A stretch of 53,580 bases of DNA, taken from positions 1 to 53,580 of IMG/VR virus record IMGVR_UViG_3300044675_003079; one strand, 5' to 3'. Below the pieces are notes generated by a model that was given only the letters and a program-made list of their open reading frames with translations, was not told the origin of the DNA and made no database searches. Position 1 is the first letter of the stretch; each line of letters opens with the position of its first letter. Positions 36,125 to 45,326 of the stretch are shown here, piece by piece. The DNA comes from a virus (lineage: Duplodnaviria > Caudoviricetes). Made by a program: the position numbers and the translations under genes.

Positions 36125-36298
36125 ATGCATAGATACGCAGGCGCAGTCACCTCATTGCTTCTTTGGGCATCAGGAACAGGTCTAGTCCTCATCACTCTTT
36201 CGGGAGAAACTTTGAGGAAGGCGCTGTTCATCAGCGTTGCCACATTATTTGTAAACCTGTTAGCGATAGGTTTCAACGTTGGAGTGGATGACGAATGA
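36125..36298 (+). CDS. 57-aa two-TM membrane protein (not in ORF track)
   Basis: MHRYAGAVTSLLLWASGTGLVLITLSGETLRKALFISVATLFVNLLAIGFNVGVDDE. Confidence 0.6.
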   Translation: MHRYAGAVTSLLLWASGTGLVLITLSGETLRKALFISVATLFVNLLAIGFNVGVDDE

Positions 36299-36365
36299 CC
36301 TAGAGTGGGGTGACGAACAAGCCTGAATACACTAAGGTTTGGTTCACCACACTTAAGAGGTTCAA

Positions 36366-36965
36366 ATGTCCTATCCAGTTAAACCAGTCGTACTGCCTGC
36401 CGACCTTAAAGGCGTCACCAACGGCAAACTTCCAGCGAACCTTCTGGCTCCAATCAAACCGAACGGACAACTGCACATTCTTGCGGCACGCGCATGGAAA
36501 GCAATGCGTCACGACGCCAAAGTTGCTGGCATACTCCTCGGACACGTTGGCGCGTACCGTCCCTACGACCAGCAACTAAGCCTGTTCAACCAGCGCTATG
36601 TCAAAGGCGACTCGGGCGACCCACGGAAAATCACACGCACCTTTAAGGGCGAAACGTGGATGTTGAAAAAGGGAATGGCTCCTGCTGGAAGCCCCGGTAC
36701 CTCAAACCACGGTTGGGGACTTGCTATTGACGCCGCAGTCATTGTGAACGACAAAACAATCGCTATCACCTCCGACCCAGACGGCAAGGGTGGATTCAAG
36801 TCTGGTCTTGAATGGCTGATGGCAAACGCCCACAAGTACGGATTCTCTTGGGAAATCAAAGAAGGCGCACAGGCTGAGGCTTGGCACATTCGTTACTTCA
36901 CAGGCGACAAAATCCCTCAAGCAGTCCTTGACTACGAAACAGCAAAAGCGCAACCACAGTCATGA
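36366..36965 (+). CDS. endolysin, M15/VanY-like peptidase
   Basis: YR...QQ..LF, PGTSNHGWGLAID, WL..NA..YGF, EAWH zinc-ligand motifs. Confidence 0.85.
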   Translation: MSYPVKPVVLPADLKGVTNGKLPANLLAPIKPNGQLHILAARAWKAMRHDAKVAGILLGHVGAYRPYDQQLSLFNQRYVKGDSGDPRKITRTFKGETWMLKKGMAPAGSPGTSNHGWGLAIDAAVIVNDKTIAITSDPDGKGGFKSGLEWLMANAHKYGFSWEIKEGAQAEAWHIRYFTGDKIPQAVLDYETAKAQPQS

Positions 36966-37345
36966 CCGATTCTGGTGTCATCTCCCTTGTCGTTGCCTGC
37001 ATCTCTGCTTTTGGCGCGATTGGCGCTTCTGTTTCTGGAGTTCTAGCGACGAAAGCGCGCAGAGAACACCGAGATTTCCGTGAGGAAAACACATCGCAAC
37101 ATGGCACAACCCTTGCCCTCATTAAGGACATTGAGTTGAACACGCGCGAAACAAAACAGGACGTGCGCGAGATTGGGTTAGACGTAGCCAAACTCCGTAA
37201 TGACTTTGAGGGGCATCAACTCCTCGGAGCATCGGCTCACGAGTCGCGTCCGCGAAAGGAAACCACCAGTGGCACAAACCCGAAAGCCAAAGCCGTCAAA
37301 ACCGACGACACCGAAGTTAAGCGCCCTCGCCGACGCTCTGCTTGA
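36962..37345 (+). CDS. membrane protein (1 TM + coiled coil), lysis-associated
   Basis: N-terminal TM; EN..QH...H pattern seen next to actinophage endolysins. Confidence 0.6.
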   Translation: MTDSGVISLVVACISAFGAIGASVSGVLATKARREHRDFREENTSQHGTTLALIKDIELNTRETKQDVREIGLDVAKLRNDFEGHQLLGASAHESRPRKETTSGTNPKAKAVKTDDTEVKRPRRRSA

Positions 37346-37589
37346 AGCACCAATAGTCCAGTCGGGCTGTGCAATTGAGAGATTTCGTCGTCAGATGGAC
37401 GATGCAACTCGCGACCTTCTGGACGCGCGAATTGCAGATATCAGAGCACAACGAAGCATGGTGGCAGTGACTTCCTCTGGTGGATTGTCATCTTCGTGGC
37501 TTGCTCGCGTCCTTTCAGACAACGGTTTTCAGGTGTCCCCATTAACGGTGCAAAAGCACATCAACGAAAGGTGTCGCTGTGGCTATTGA
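37269..37589 (+). CDS. hypothetical protein, HTH-like with C-terminal H...CxC
   Basis: AAGGA SD before GTG 37269; precedes the phosphoesterase. Confidence 0.6.
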   Translation: MAQTRKPKPSKPTTPKLSALADALLEAPIVQSGCAIERFRRQMDDATRDLLDARIADIRAQRSMVAVTSSGGLSSSWLARVLSDNGFQVSPLTVQKHINERCRCGY

Positions 37590-38748
37590 TGACGCACTTG
37601 CGCAAGGCAACATTGGCAACGCTCGCGAGCGTCTAGGCAAGTTGGTAGAACTCTTAGAGAGGTCAGGCATCAACCCCGACGAAATTGGTCGTGTTGAAAA
37701 GATAAACGTCTGGCAAGGGTTCCTTAAAGACAATGAAGGAAACCCTCAACTGGTAGACATGGCTGGCGTTGTGCTGTCTCCTGAGTGGGCAGACGAACCG
37801 TCGTACCCTGTTGTTCAGCAAGCCGCGCCAACCATTATCAAGCCAATCAAGTCAACAGCAAACACCACCAACCTTGAAACCGTGGTAATTCTACCCGACC
37901 CTCAAATCGGTTATATGCGTTTGCCTGACGGCGATTTAATTGCCTGCCACGACGAGGACGCGATGGATGTGTCACTTCAAATCCTGCGTCACGCCAAAGC
38001 AGACTCAATCATCAACTTGGGCGACTTCCTTGACCTGCCAGAGTGGTCTAGCAAGTTTCTTGTCCTGCCTGAGTTCGTTTTGACAACTCAACCTGCAATT
38101 GACAAAGCACATCGGTTCCTTGCCGAACAACGAGCAATTGCCCCTGACGCCAAAATGGTGCTCATCGCTGGCAACCACGATAATCGGTTGGGTTTGGCAA
38201 TCGCCAAGAACGCTATGGCGGCACTGAGGCTCCGACGGGCTGAAGCGCCTAAAGAATGGGCTGTTTTGTCCATTCCGTTCCTCCTGCGCCTTGAGGAGTT
38301 AAATGTTGAGTATGTGGGCGGTTACCCTGCAGGGCGCTACAAAATCGCTGAGGCTTGCCCACAGGCTGGTTTGACGCCCTTGTACGCCATCCACGGTGAG
38401 AAGTTAGATATGCAGAAACTGGCTAAGTCGGAGCGTCAGTCGTTTGTTCAGGGTCACATTCACCGACAAGCGTTGCATCACGAAACCTACGAAATCAACG
38501 GTCAATCCGAGACGGTTCTTGCCGTGTCGCCGGGATGCCTTTGCCGAGTGGACGGCGCTGTGCCTTCAACCAAGAATGGCATTGACGAATTCGGACGTCA
38601 TTTGACCCGTTTTGAGAACTGGCAACAAGGGATGATGATTGTCACGATTGACAAGACGTCTGGTCGGTGGGACACCGAACTCATCCGCATTCACAATGGC
38701 GAGGCAACGTGGAGAGGTAAATCTTTCAGGTCAACAAGACTTGACTGA
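37579..38748 (+). CDS. calcineurin-like metallophosphoesterase
   Basis: PDPQ, LGDFLD, GNHD, HG, GHIH motifs. Confidence 0.85.
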   Translation: MAIDDALAQGNIGNARERLGKLVELLERSGINPDEIGRVEKINVWQGFLKDNEGNPQLVDMAGVVLSPEWADEPSYPVVQQAAPTIIKPIKSTANTTNLETVVILPDPQIGYMRLPDGDLIACHDEDAMDVSLQILRHAKADSIINLGDFLDLPEWSSKFLVLPEFVLTTQPAIDKAHRFLAEQRAIAPDAKMVLIAGNHDNRLGLAIAKNAMAALRLRRAEAPKEWAVLSIPFLLRLEELNVEYVGGYPAGRYKIAEACPQAGLTPLYAIHGEKLDMQKLAKSERQSFVQGHIHRQALHHETYEINGQSETVLAVSPGCLCRVDGAVPSTKNGIDEFGRHLTRFENWQQGMMIVTIDKTSGRWDTELIRIHNGEATWRGKSFRSTRLD

Positions 38749-38777
38749 CGCTTGACCCTGCTTTAGTGTTCCTCGGA

Positions 38778-39008
38778 ATGAGCGACATTCATCCCTGCCC
38801 ATCTTGCCTTGACACAGGCGAGCGACTGCTACCAATCCGAGACGTCTATGGCGACCCGACGGTTGATTCTTTCCCTTGCCCTGTTTGCCGAGTCTGGATG
38901 CAAGGGTTCCCCGGTGAAACGGTTGTGTTTGAGGATGCAACCCACGTCGTGATTGAGCCGTCTGAACCCGGCGAGTTGGCTGTCTACAGAGGCTTTCCAG
39001 TTTTCTAG
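38778..39008 (+). CDS. small Zn-finger protein
   Basis: CPSC...CPVC; preceded by TTGACT-17nt-TAGTGT leaderless-type promoter. Confidence 0.55.
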   Translation: MSDIHPCPSCLDTGERLLPIRDVYGDPTVDSFPCPVCRVWMQGFPGETVVFEDATHVVIEPSEPGELAVYRGFPVF

Positions 39009-39053
39009 ACACAGCCATATGGTTCAATAACCAAACCCGAAACAAGGAGCAAC

Positions 39054-39614
39054 ATGAGCACCACAACCGTCCCACCCGAACTTCCACACGAACTGGACGC
39101 CATCGTTGATGACGAACAAAAGCGTGAGCACTTCCGAATTGAAGATGATGCAACAGCAACATGGGCAATGCGCAAACTTGCGACCATTCGCTCAAAACAA
39201 AAGGAAAACGGCGACATCGCACAAACCGAATGTGAACGCATCCTTGAATGGGCTGAGTCAGTCAACAAGCCACTAGACACCAACGCATCGTTCTTTGAGA
39301 ACCTGCTAATGGACTATGGGCGACGCCAGCGCGTTGAAGCCGACCGTAAAACCATCTCGCTACCCCACGGCAAAATTGCCACTCGCGCAGGAACCGACAA
39401 ATGGCACGTCACAGCAGAACTTCTGCTTCCGTGGTTGCGCGAGAACTTTCCAGAACTCATCAAAGTCAAAGAGGAACCTTCTCTTTCTGCTTTGAAGGAG
39501 GCGTTCGCCGAACGCATCAACGAAGGACGAATTGTCACCGAAGAGGGCGAAGTCCTCCCCGGCGTCACCGTTGAAAACATAAACATGACAGTTTCCGTCA
39601 CCCCGACACTTTAA
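39054..39614 (+). CDS. Mu Gam-like host-nuclease inhibitor / DNA end-binding protein
   Basis: FRIEDD..A.WA.RKL, KTISLPHG.I..R, GEV.PGV. Confidence 0.72.
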   Translation: MSTTTVPPELPHELDAIVDDEQKREHFRIEDDATATWAMRKLATIRSKQKENGDIAQTECERILEWAESVNKPLDTNASFFENLLMDYGRRQRVEADRKTISLPHGKIATRAGTDKWHVTAELLLPWLRENFPELIKVKEEPSLSALKEAFAERINEGRIVTEEGEVLPGVTVENINMTVSVTPTL

Positions 39615-39627
39615 GGAGAAAACAAAA

Positions 39628-40554
39628 ATGAGCAATCACTTATTCCAACCAGCAACAAAGCAACAGGCGCGAGCGCGTGTGGCTTTCTCAGGAGCCTCGG
39701 GGTCTGGTAAGACCTTCTGGGCGTTGACTTGGGCGACAGCCCTTGCCGAAGGTCAACCAATCGCAGTCATTGACACGGAGCGAGGTTCGGCAAGCCTCTA
39801 CGCAGACCAGTTCAAATTTGATGTTCTGGAAATGCGCCCTCCCTACCATCCAGACCGTTTGGTTGAAGCACTCAACTCAGCAACCAACGCTGGCTACAAA
39901 GTCATCGTGGTTGACTCCCTCACCCACTTTTGGAGTGGTCAGGGTGGCACGCTTGAAATTGTTGACCAAGCGTCAGCAAGGTTCAAAGGCAACAGCCACG
40001 CGGCATGGCAAGTTGGCACGCCGATTCAGCAACGAATGGTTGACGCCCTGCTTGGCTTTGACGGTCACCTGATGGCAACAATGCGCGCCAAAACCGAATG
40101 GGTCATGGAACCAGACGAACGGGGCAAAGTAACGCCTCGCAAGATTGGCTTGGCTCCACAGCAACGGTCAGACATTGAGTTTGAGTTCACGATGATGCTG
40201 GAAATTGAAGCCAACACTCACCGCGCCCATGTCGCCAAGAGTCGCTTCGCTTCCTTTGCAGACAAAGTGTTCACTCCCAACGACACGCTTTCTAGCGCAG
40301 AGACTTTCCTTGAATGGCTCAAGAGTGGCAAAGCAATGGTGACTCGCAACGTAGGCGACACCGTGAAGCAACGCATCGCCAACCTTGATGGTTTTCAGCG
40401 CGAGTTCCTCAAGGGAGCATGGAAAGAAGCAGGGCTTCCAAAGGTTGAACTGCTGACCGAGGACTCACTTGAAACGGTCAACTCGCTGATTGTTGAAGCC
40501 ACATCACGGGCTGAAGCATTGGTTGACGAACTGGAACCTGAAGAGGCATTCTAA
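39628..40554 (+). CDS. AAA_24/Sak4-like ssDNA-annealing ATPase
   Basis: GASGSGKT Walker A, IDTE, VVDSLTHFW, QR..IEFEF. Confidence 0.82.
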   Translation: MSNHLFQPATKQQARARVAFSGASGSGKTFWALTWATALAEGQPIAVIDTERGSASLYADQFKFDVLEMRPPYHPDRLVEALNSATNAGYKVIVVDSLTHFWSGQGGTLEIVDQASARFKGNSHAAWQVGTPIQQRMVDALLGFDGHLMATMRAKTEWVMEPDERGKVTPRKIGLAPQQRSDIEFEFTMMLEIEANTHRAHVAKSRFASFADKVFTPNDTLSSAETFLEWLKSGKAMVTRNVGDTVKQRIANLDGFQREFLKGAWKEAGLPKVELLTEDSLETVNSLIVEATSRAEALVDELEPEEAF

Positions 40555-40556
40555 TC

Positions 40557-40656
40557 CGCTACGCCAAGCCACTGGTGTTCGTCCCTGAGCACCCGTGGCT
40601 GGCTGTAGCGCGAGGAATGAGCATCCTCGGATGGCTCAAACCCGACTGAGCGCATC
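40557..40656 (+). other. three consecutive hairpins in an intergenic region (terminator or structured RNA)
   Basis: Stems at 40557-40610, 40611-40629 and 40630-40656. Confidence 0.45.
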
Positions 40657-40737
40657 TCAAATAATCTATCAGACATTTTCTTTGCGCAACAAACCCACAA
40701 ACGCGTGGTAACTTTCGCACCCTAAACAGGGAGGCAT

Positions 40738-41472
40738 ATGAGCACAGCCTTGCTCCTCAATGAACGATTTGTGGCGGTATTCCCGTCACTAGTTCGCGCT
40801 CTTGGAGCACTCGCCGACGCGGCGGTACTTCAGGAGATTCATTATCAACTTCAGATTGGTGGCAAAGAAAGCGACGGTCATCGTTGGGTTCCAGCAACTG
40901 CTCGTGACTTGTCTGATGCCATTGGGCTTTCGCCTGATGCTGTCACACGAACAACAAAGCGTCTGCGAGACCGTGGCATTCTTGTCACTTCTAACCCCGA
41001 GGGTTATGAACGGCGAACTTGGTGGAGAGTGGATTACGACGCCTTGAACCATTTAGCGGAAACGCAAAATGCATCTCGCGAAATCGCAAAATCCAAACCT
41101 GCGAAATCGCAAAATCCATCTTGCGAAATCGCAAGTTCTACTACTACTAAAGAACTTAAAGAAGTGAAAGAAGTTATTACACCACCAAGTGGTGGTGACG
41201 TGGTGAAAGCGTTTGTGGATGCCTTTGTGAGCCTCTACAACGAAACGCCCGATAAGCAACTCATCGGTCGCATTGGTCGCGATGCAAAACGGATGCTGTC
41301 GGAGGGAAAGGAACTCGCCATTTTGGTCGCGAGCGCCGAAGCGTGCGCTCAAAGCGGACACGGAAACTTGCCAGCGTCCTACACCCAGACAATCACCGCA
41401 GGGAAACGAAACGCCCCACGCGGTTTCGCTGGCATTAAAGAGTTCTTGGAGGATTTGAATGACGCCAGTTGA
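40738..41472 (+). CDS. replication initiator (lambda O-like, N-terminal wHTH)
   Basis: A.LQ.I.Y...W...L...GIL; internal iterons; followed by a helicase-loader-like gene. Confidence 0.75.
   Translation: MSTALLLNERFVAVFPSLVRALGALADAAVLQEIHYQLQIGGKESDGHRWVPATARDLSDAIGLSPDAVTRTTKRLRDRGILVTSNPEGYERRTWWRVDYDALNHLAETQNASREIAKSKPAKSQNPSCEIASSTTTKELKEVKEVITPPSGGDVVKAFVDAFVSLYNETPDKQLIGRIGRDAKRMLSEGKELAILVASAEACAQSGHGNLPASYTQTITAGKRNAPRGFAGIKEFLEDLNDAS
41056..41180. repeat. replication origin iterons + A-rich tract
   Basis: GCGAAATCGCAAAATCCA-type units at 41056, 41078, 41101 and 41123 (22/23/22-bp spacing), then an A-rich stretch. Confidence 0.8.
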
Positions 41473-42022
41473 AGTTTCCGAAGTGCTCGCTTACGCATCA
41501 GCGGCGCACCCATACATCTCCCTAAGCAAGGAGACAGTTTCGGTGTACGCCGACTTGCTCGCCGACCTTGACTACGAAGCCACCAAACGCGCTGTAAGGC
41601 GCTTGTCAGCGTCAAACGACAGATTCCCTAGCCCTGCCATCATTCGCAAAGAAGTCGCCCGTCTAGCAGGGGTTTTGCCACCAGACGCTTCGGATGCGCT
41701 GACTGAGGTTTTGGTGCAGATGGAACGACACTCAAGGCAACTCGGGATTGAACCGTGGAGCCATCCAATTGTGGAAGAGGTGGTTCGTTCTTTGGGAGGT
41801 TTGTACCGTTTCAGAATGTCTGAACAACCTGACACGTTGAGGGCGCACTTTTTGCGCGTCTACGACAAAGCAACTGAAAAGCACGAACGCGCCACCGTTC
41901 TTTCACGAGGCGCCCAAGAGATAGGTTTATCAAATGAAACGAAGCGCGCCATTACGGAGAACGCCACTCAAACGAGGCACAACTCCTCTCAAGCGCACGC
42001 CCTTGAAGCAGAAACCATCTAG
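41459..42022 (+). CDS. replicative helicase loader/inhibitor (G39P-like)
   Basis: LADLDY...AV......FPSPA.IR pattern; follows the initiator. Confidence 0.65.
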   Translation: MTPVEVSEVLAYASAAHPYISLSKETVSVYADLLADLDYEATKRAVRRLSASNDRFPSPAIIRKEVARLAGVLPPDASDALTEVLVQMERHSRQLGIEPWSHPIVEEVVRSLGGLYRFRMSEQPDTLRAHFLRVYDKATEKHERATVLSRGAQEIGLSNETKRAITENATQTRHNSSQAHALEAETI

Positions 42023-42278
42023 GTCGGCTTCAAGCGATGTTAAGAAACAAATCAACCAGCGCACAAACGGACGGTGCGAAGCGCGCCTTGACTGTTGCAC
42101 CTACGAAGCAAATCATCTCCACCATCGCCTTCGGCGGTCACAAGGTGGAAAAGAAACTCCTGAGAACCTTCTTGCAGTCTGCTGGACTTGTCACGAAGAC
42201 ATCCATCGCAACCCTAAACGGTCATTTGAATTAGGTCACCTCTTACACCAACCCGATAAAGGAATAGAAAATGAATAA
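41934..42278 (+). CDS. HNH endonuclease
   Basis: CE...HHR..RSQGG....NL..VC..CH..IH. Confidence 0.82.
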   Translation: MKRSAPLRRTPLKRGTTPLKRTPLKQKPSRSASSDVKKQINQRTNGRCEARLDCCTYEANHLHHRLRRSQGGKETPENLLAVCWTCHEDIHRNPKRSFELGHLLHQPDKGIENE

Positions 42279-42540
42279 CCCAATCACCGACAAACTTTGT
42301 GCCGAAATTCAAAAAGCGCAAATGTCCATCACAGGTGGAAACGCCGACCTGCAAGACCTCTGGATTTTGCTGGACAAGGTAGAACACCACCTTCGTGAGA
42401 ACGACGCCGTCAATGGTCAAGTTGTGAGACTGTTTTCCAAAATTGGCAGGGGCAGAGTCCGCATCGGACAAGTTGTGGTTCCTCCAGCGTTGACATCAAA
42501 CGGGATTAGTTTCATAGAGTATTCTTCTCTTGATGACTGA
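42271..42540 (+). CDS. hypothetical protein
   Basis: AAGGA SD; coupled ORF. Confidence 0.55.
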   Translation: MNNPITDKLCAEIQKAQMSITGGNADLQDLWILLDKVEHHLRENDAVNGQVVRLFSKIGRGRVRIGQVVVPPALTSNGISFIEYSSLDD

Positions 42541-42841
42541 CCACGACGAAATGAGACGCGCAGTAGCGCACGCCTCACATGGCGACTGCTCTTGTGGGCT
42601 TCAGAACAGGCTGGACAAGTTTCGGTGGGGAATGAACATTGAGGACTGGACACAAATCATGAGAGACCTGTTCGCAAGGATTGACCAGTTGGAGTCGGCG
42701 CTTGACGAAGTCGGCAATGCCCTCGTCAGCATTGTTGGCGATAACAGTAACGATTGGGACTTAAAGCACCGTGTTGAGGGGACAGATGTTTTGCTAGACC
42801 TTGCCTGCGAAACCTACGAGAACGTTAGAAAAGTTGAATGA
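42533..42841 (+). CDS. hypothetical protein
   Basis: Coupled ORF with coiled coil. Confidence 0.55.
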   Translation: MTDHDEMRRAVAHASHGDCSCGLQNRLDKFRWGMNIEDWTQIMRDLFARIDQLESALDEVGNALVSIVGDNSNDWDLKHRVEGTDVLLDLACETYENVRKVE

Positions 42842-43202
42842 GCCACAGGAATGGTCAATACGCATACCGATGCGCCCCTTCACCATCAACGCCGAACGCA
42901 GGATGCACCACATGGAAAGAGCGCGTCATGTTCGTGAGTGGAGGACGTTGTCTGCGACACTGGCGAAACGGAAACGGATACCGTCGCTAACAGCAGTTCA
43001 CGTCCACTCGCATCCTCACTTGAAAGGGCGACTGCAGGACGCCGATGCGTGCCATCCAGCAGTCAAAGCAATTATTGACGGGTTGGTGGACGCTGGCGTC
43101 ATCCCTGACGACGACCCTCGGTATGTGAAGGCTGTGACGTACCACGCGCCAATCAGGGCAACTGCCGACTTTCTTGTGGTGACTGTTGTAGTCCTTGAAT
43201 GA
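42801..43202 (+). CDS. RusA-like Holliday junction resolvase
   Basis: QDAD....KAIIDGLVDAGVIPDD; true start may be 42834. Confidence 0.75.
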   Translation: MPAKPTRTLEKLNEPQEWSIRIPMRPFTINAERRMHHMERARHVREWRTLSATLAKRKRIPSLTAVHVHSHPHLKGRLQDADACHPAVKAIIDGLVDAGVIPDDDPRYVKAVTYHAPIRATADFLVVTVVVLE

Positions 43203-43251
43203 CCTACTAAACCACGGTACTGTCTCCCCAACCTATAAAGAGGAGAACCCA

Positions 43252-43752
43252 ATGGAGCAACCAGACCTTTTCAGTTACAACAACGAGGACGACGATTACC
43301 ACCGTCGCCTACCGGCGCCAAGCGTGGAGGACTCACCCACGTCGGCAGGGCGCGCCAAACGCGAAGATGACTCAGGCAAGACCACAAAGCGCCAAAAAGA
43401 GATACTTGACCTGCTCGCACAGTTGGGGACGGTCGGTGGAACATGGAAAGAGGTCGGCGACCGACTTGGTTTGCACCACGGACAATCATCTGGCGCACTT
43501 TCCACGCTTCATCGCGCTGGCTTGGTCTTTGCCTTGAAATCCTCGCGCGACAACTGCCAGCCCTACGTCCATGCCAAGTTCCGAGGCAACTACCTAAACG
43601 CCGCAAGAAACGACAGCCCTGCAACAACCAAATCAGGACGCAAACGCGCCGCCCTCAATCGCCTCCACGAAACAGTCTCCATCTGGTTGGCGCACCCAAC
43701 CGAAGCCAACCTTGAAGCAATGCGAAAAGCAAATAAAGACGTTGACGAGTAG
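43252..43752 (+). CDS. winged-HTH DNA-binding protein
   Basis: G.TWKEV...LGLHHGQSSGALSTLH..G.V; GAGGAG SD. Confidence 0.65.
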   Translation: MEQPDLFSYNNEDDDYHRRLPAPSVEDSPTSAGRAKREDDSGKTTKRQKEILDLLAQLGTVGGTWKEVGDRLGLHHGQSSGALSTLHRAGLVFALKSSRDNCQPYVHAKFRGNYLNAARNDSPATTKSGRKRAALNRLHETVSIWLAHPTEANLEAMRKANKDVDE

Positions 43753-43786
43753 ACAGGGGTATAGCGAGCACGCTATAGTCGGTTGC

Positions 43787-44035
43787 ATGAATAGCCCGTC
43801 ACCCACTTACGACCCCAACTCCGACCTTGACAATGCAAAGTCACTAACCGAAATGATGCGCGAACACCAACAGGCAGTTGCCTCCATTGGCGTACAGCGC
43901 CGTGGCATCATTCGCCGACTTAGGCTTCATTCCGTCCCTTATAAGCAAATCGCTGAGGCGTGCTCCGTCACCGACCAAGCCCTCTTTGCCGACCTGCGAA
44001 AGCACCCAGACACAAAGGAGCCATCCGATGGATGA
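43787..44035 (+). CDS. small HTH regulator, leaderless
   Basis: YKQIAEACSVTDQAL; TAGACA-18nt-TATAGT-7nt-ATG. Confidence 0.65.
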   Translation: MNSPSPTYDPNSDLDNAKSLTEMMREHQQAVASIGVQRRGIIRRLRLHSVPYKQIAEACSVTDQALFADLRKHPDTKEPSDG

Positions 44036-44261
44036 GTTCACCGACTCCTCGGAGTTCTACGGCGCTGTAACGGCGTACGTTTGGAGCATCTCGGGGAAAT
44101 GGCTGGTTGTAGCCTCAACTCGGGCAGATGCCCACAGGATTGCGCACAGCCGTGGCTGGTTCCTTGCAGGGCAGTCCCTTTCCACCCTTGACAGCCCCTC
44201 AATCCGTCGGGCAACCCAACATGAGGTGGATACTTTGGGGATTATCCCCGAATTGCCCTAA
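44028..44261 (+). CDS. hypothetical protein
   Basis: AAGGAG SD before ATG 44028. Confidence 0.5.
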   Translation: MDEFTDSSEFYGAVTAYVWSISGKWLVVASTRADAHRIAHSRGWFLAGQSLSTLDSPSIRRATQHEVDTLGIIPELP

Positions 44262-44294
44262 TTCGGCTAATTCTGGCAAATAGCCCTGATTGGC

Positions 44295-44329
44295 TTGACT
44301 GGGGTTGAGTTTGTCGGCAAAATGGAGCC
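44295..44329 (+). promoter_or_regulatory. leaderless promoter
   Basis: TTGACT-17nt-CAAAAT-6nt-ATG; GGGGTT element in the spacer. Confidence 0.6.
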
Positions 44330-44908
44330 ATGAGCACTAACCGATTCAAAGGCGACTGCACCTGCTGTGGAAAGTCCGTGCCTGCTGAAACAGGCGCGTA
44401 CGAGCATGGCAGGTTGTTTTGCACCGAAACCGTCCCTGTAAGACTCACCTTGATGGAGTGCATTTGGGTTTGCGTTCCTGAGTTCAACCGTCGCTTCGGC
44501 GTCAACCTCGCCAACATGGACGAGGCTTACGAGTTTGAATTCGCAAGACGGCTGAAGGAAGACACCGAACGCCAAGAAACCATGCGTTCGCACCTTGTCA
44601 ACGGTGGACTTGAGGATTTGGCAGTCAAAGCCAGCGTTAGGTCGCTTGCGCAAGTCATCGCAAAGTTCGCCAACGTTGAAGGCGACTTGAACCTTCTGAC
44701 TTACGAACAAGCAGTTCTGGTTCGCAACGAACTGAACAAACGCATCCAGCGCAGAGCCAGCGCCAAGCGTTTAGATGAGTTCAAAGACAGCGACACCTGC
44801 TCACGGTGCGGTGGAGCAGGGCGCGCAGACAAATGGTCACAAACTGGATACACCTGCTACCAGTGCGGTGGCTCAGGTAAATACTTCAACGAAGGAAACA
44901 CAAAATGA
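44330..44908 (+). CDS. Zn-finger protein (N-terminal CxxC; C-terminal DnaJ-type CxxCxGxG x2)
   Basis: CTCCG; CSRCGGAG...CYQCGGSG. Confidence 0.7.
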   Translation: MSTNRFKGDCTCCGKSVPAETGAYEHGRLFCTETVPVRLTLMECIWVCVPEFNRRFGVNLANMDEAYEFEFARRLKEDTERQETMRSHLVNGGLEDLAVKASVRSLAQVIAKFANVEGDLNLLTYEQAVLVRNELNKRIQRRASAKRLDEFKDSDTCSRCGGAGRADKWSQTGYTCYQCGGSGKYFNEGNTK

Positions 44909-45270
44909 ATACAGCACCCATCACACGCGCACTTCGCAAATCCGACCTACCTGAGTACAAAGTGCTAGAGCGTAACCTTCAGAAGAAAATCGTCAAGGAG
45001 CAAAACGGCTGGATTATTGACAAGCGTGAAGGCTATGCAACAGTTCGCCTTTTTGATTTTCCAACACTGTGGGGTGAGCAGTGGACGCACCCCGAATACA
45101 CCACTCAGCACTACGCAGAGTTGATGGAGTGGGTTAATTCAGTTGCCACGGTTCTTACGAACGCAGGACTCAGCGTGGAAGTTGTCAAGGTCTCCCGTCG
45201 CGCTGGTCATCTCAACAAGTACGTCGTTGAAGTCGTCAAGGAAATCCGCGTCTGCGTAGGCGACAAATAA
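44905..45270 (+). CDS. hypothetical protein
   Basis: Coupled ORF. Confidence 0.6.
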   Translation: MNTAPITRALRKSDLPEYKVLERNLQKKIVKEQNGWIIDKREGYATVRLFDFPTLWGEQWTHPEYTTQHYAELMEWVNSVATVLTNAGLSVEVVKVSRRAGHLNKYVVEVVKEIRVCVGDK

Positions 45271-45326
45271 TGAAGCGCGTCCGACCAACTCAAAATCACC
45301 CAACCAAGCCTGAAGGAGGCAACAAA

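Noticed and set aside
602-39614. Transposable Mu-like phage
   Set aside because: Despite Mom-, Com-, Gam- and gpF-like genes, I saw no DDE transposase or MuB; replication is initiator/iteron-type.
40557-40656. tRNA
   Set aside because: No T-loop consensus, acceptor stem or CCA; kept only as a structured element.
41934-42278. HNH as an intron-encoded or mobile homing endonuclease
   Set aside because: Short free-standing HNH coupled to its neighbours; no interrupted host gene visible.
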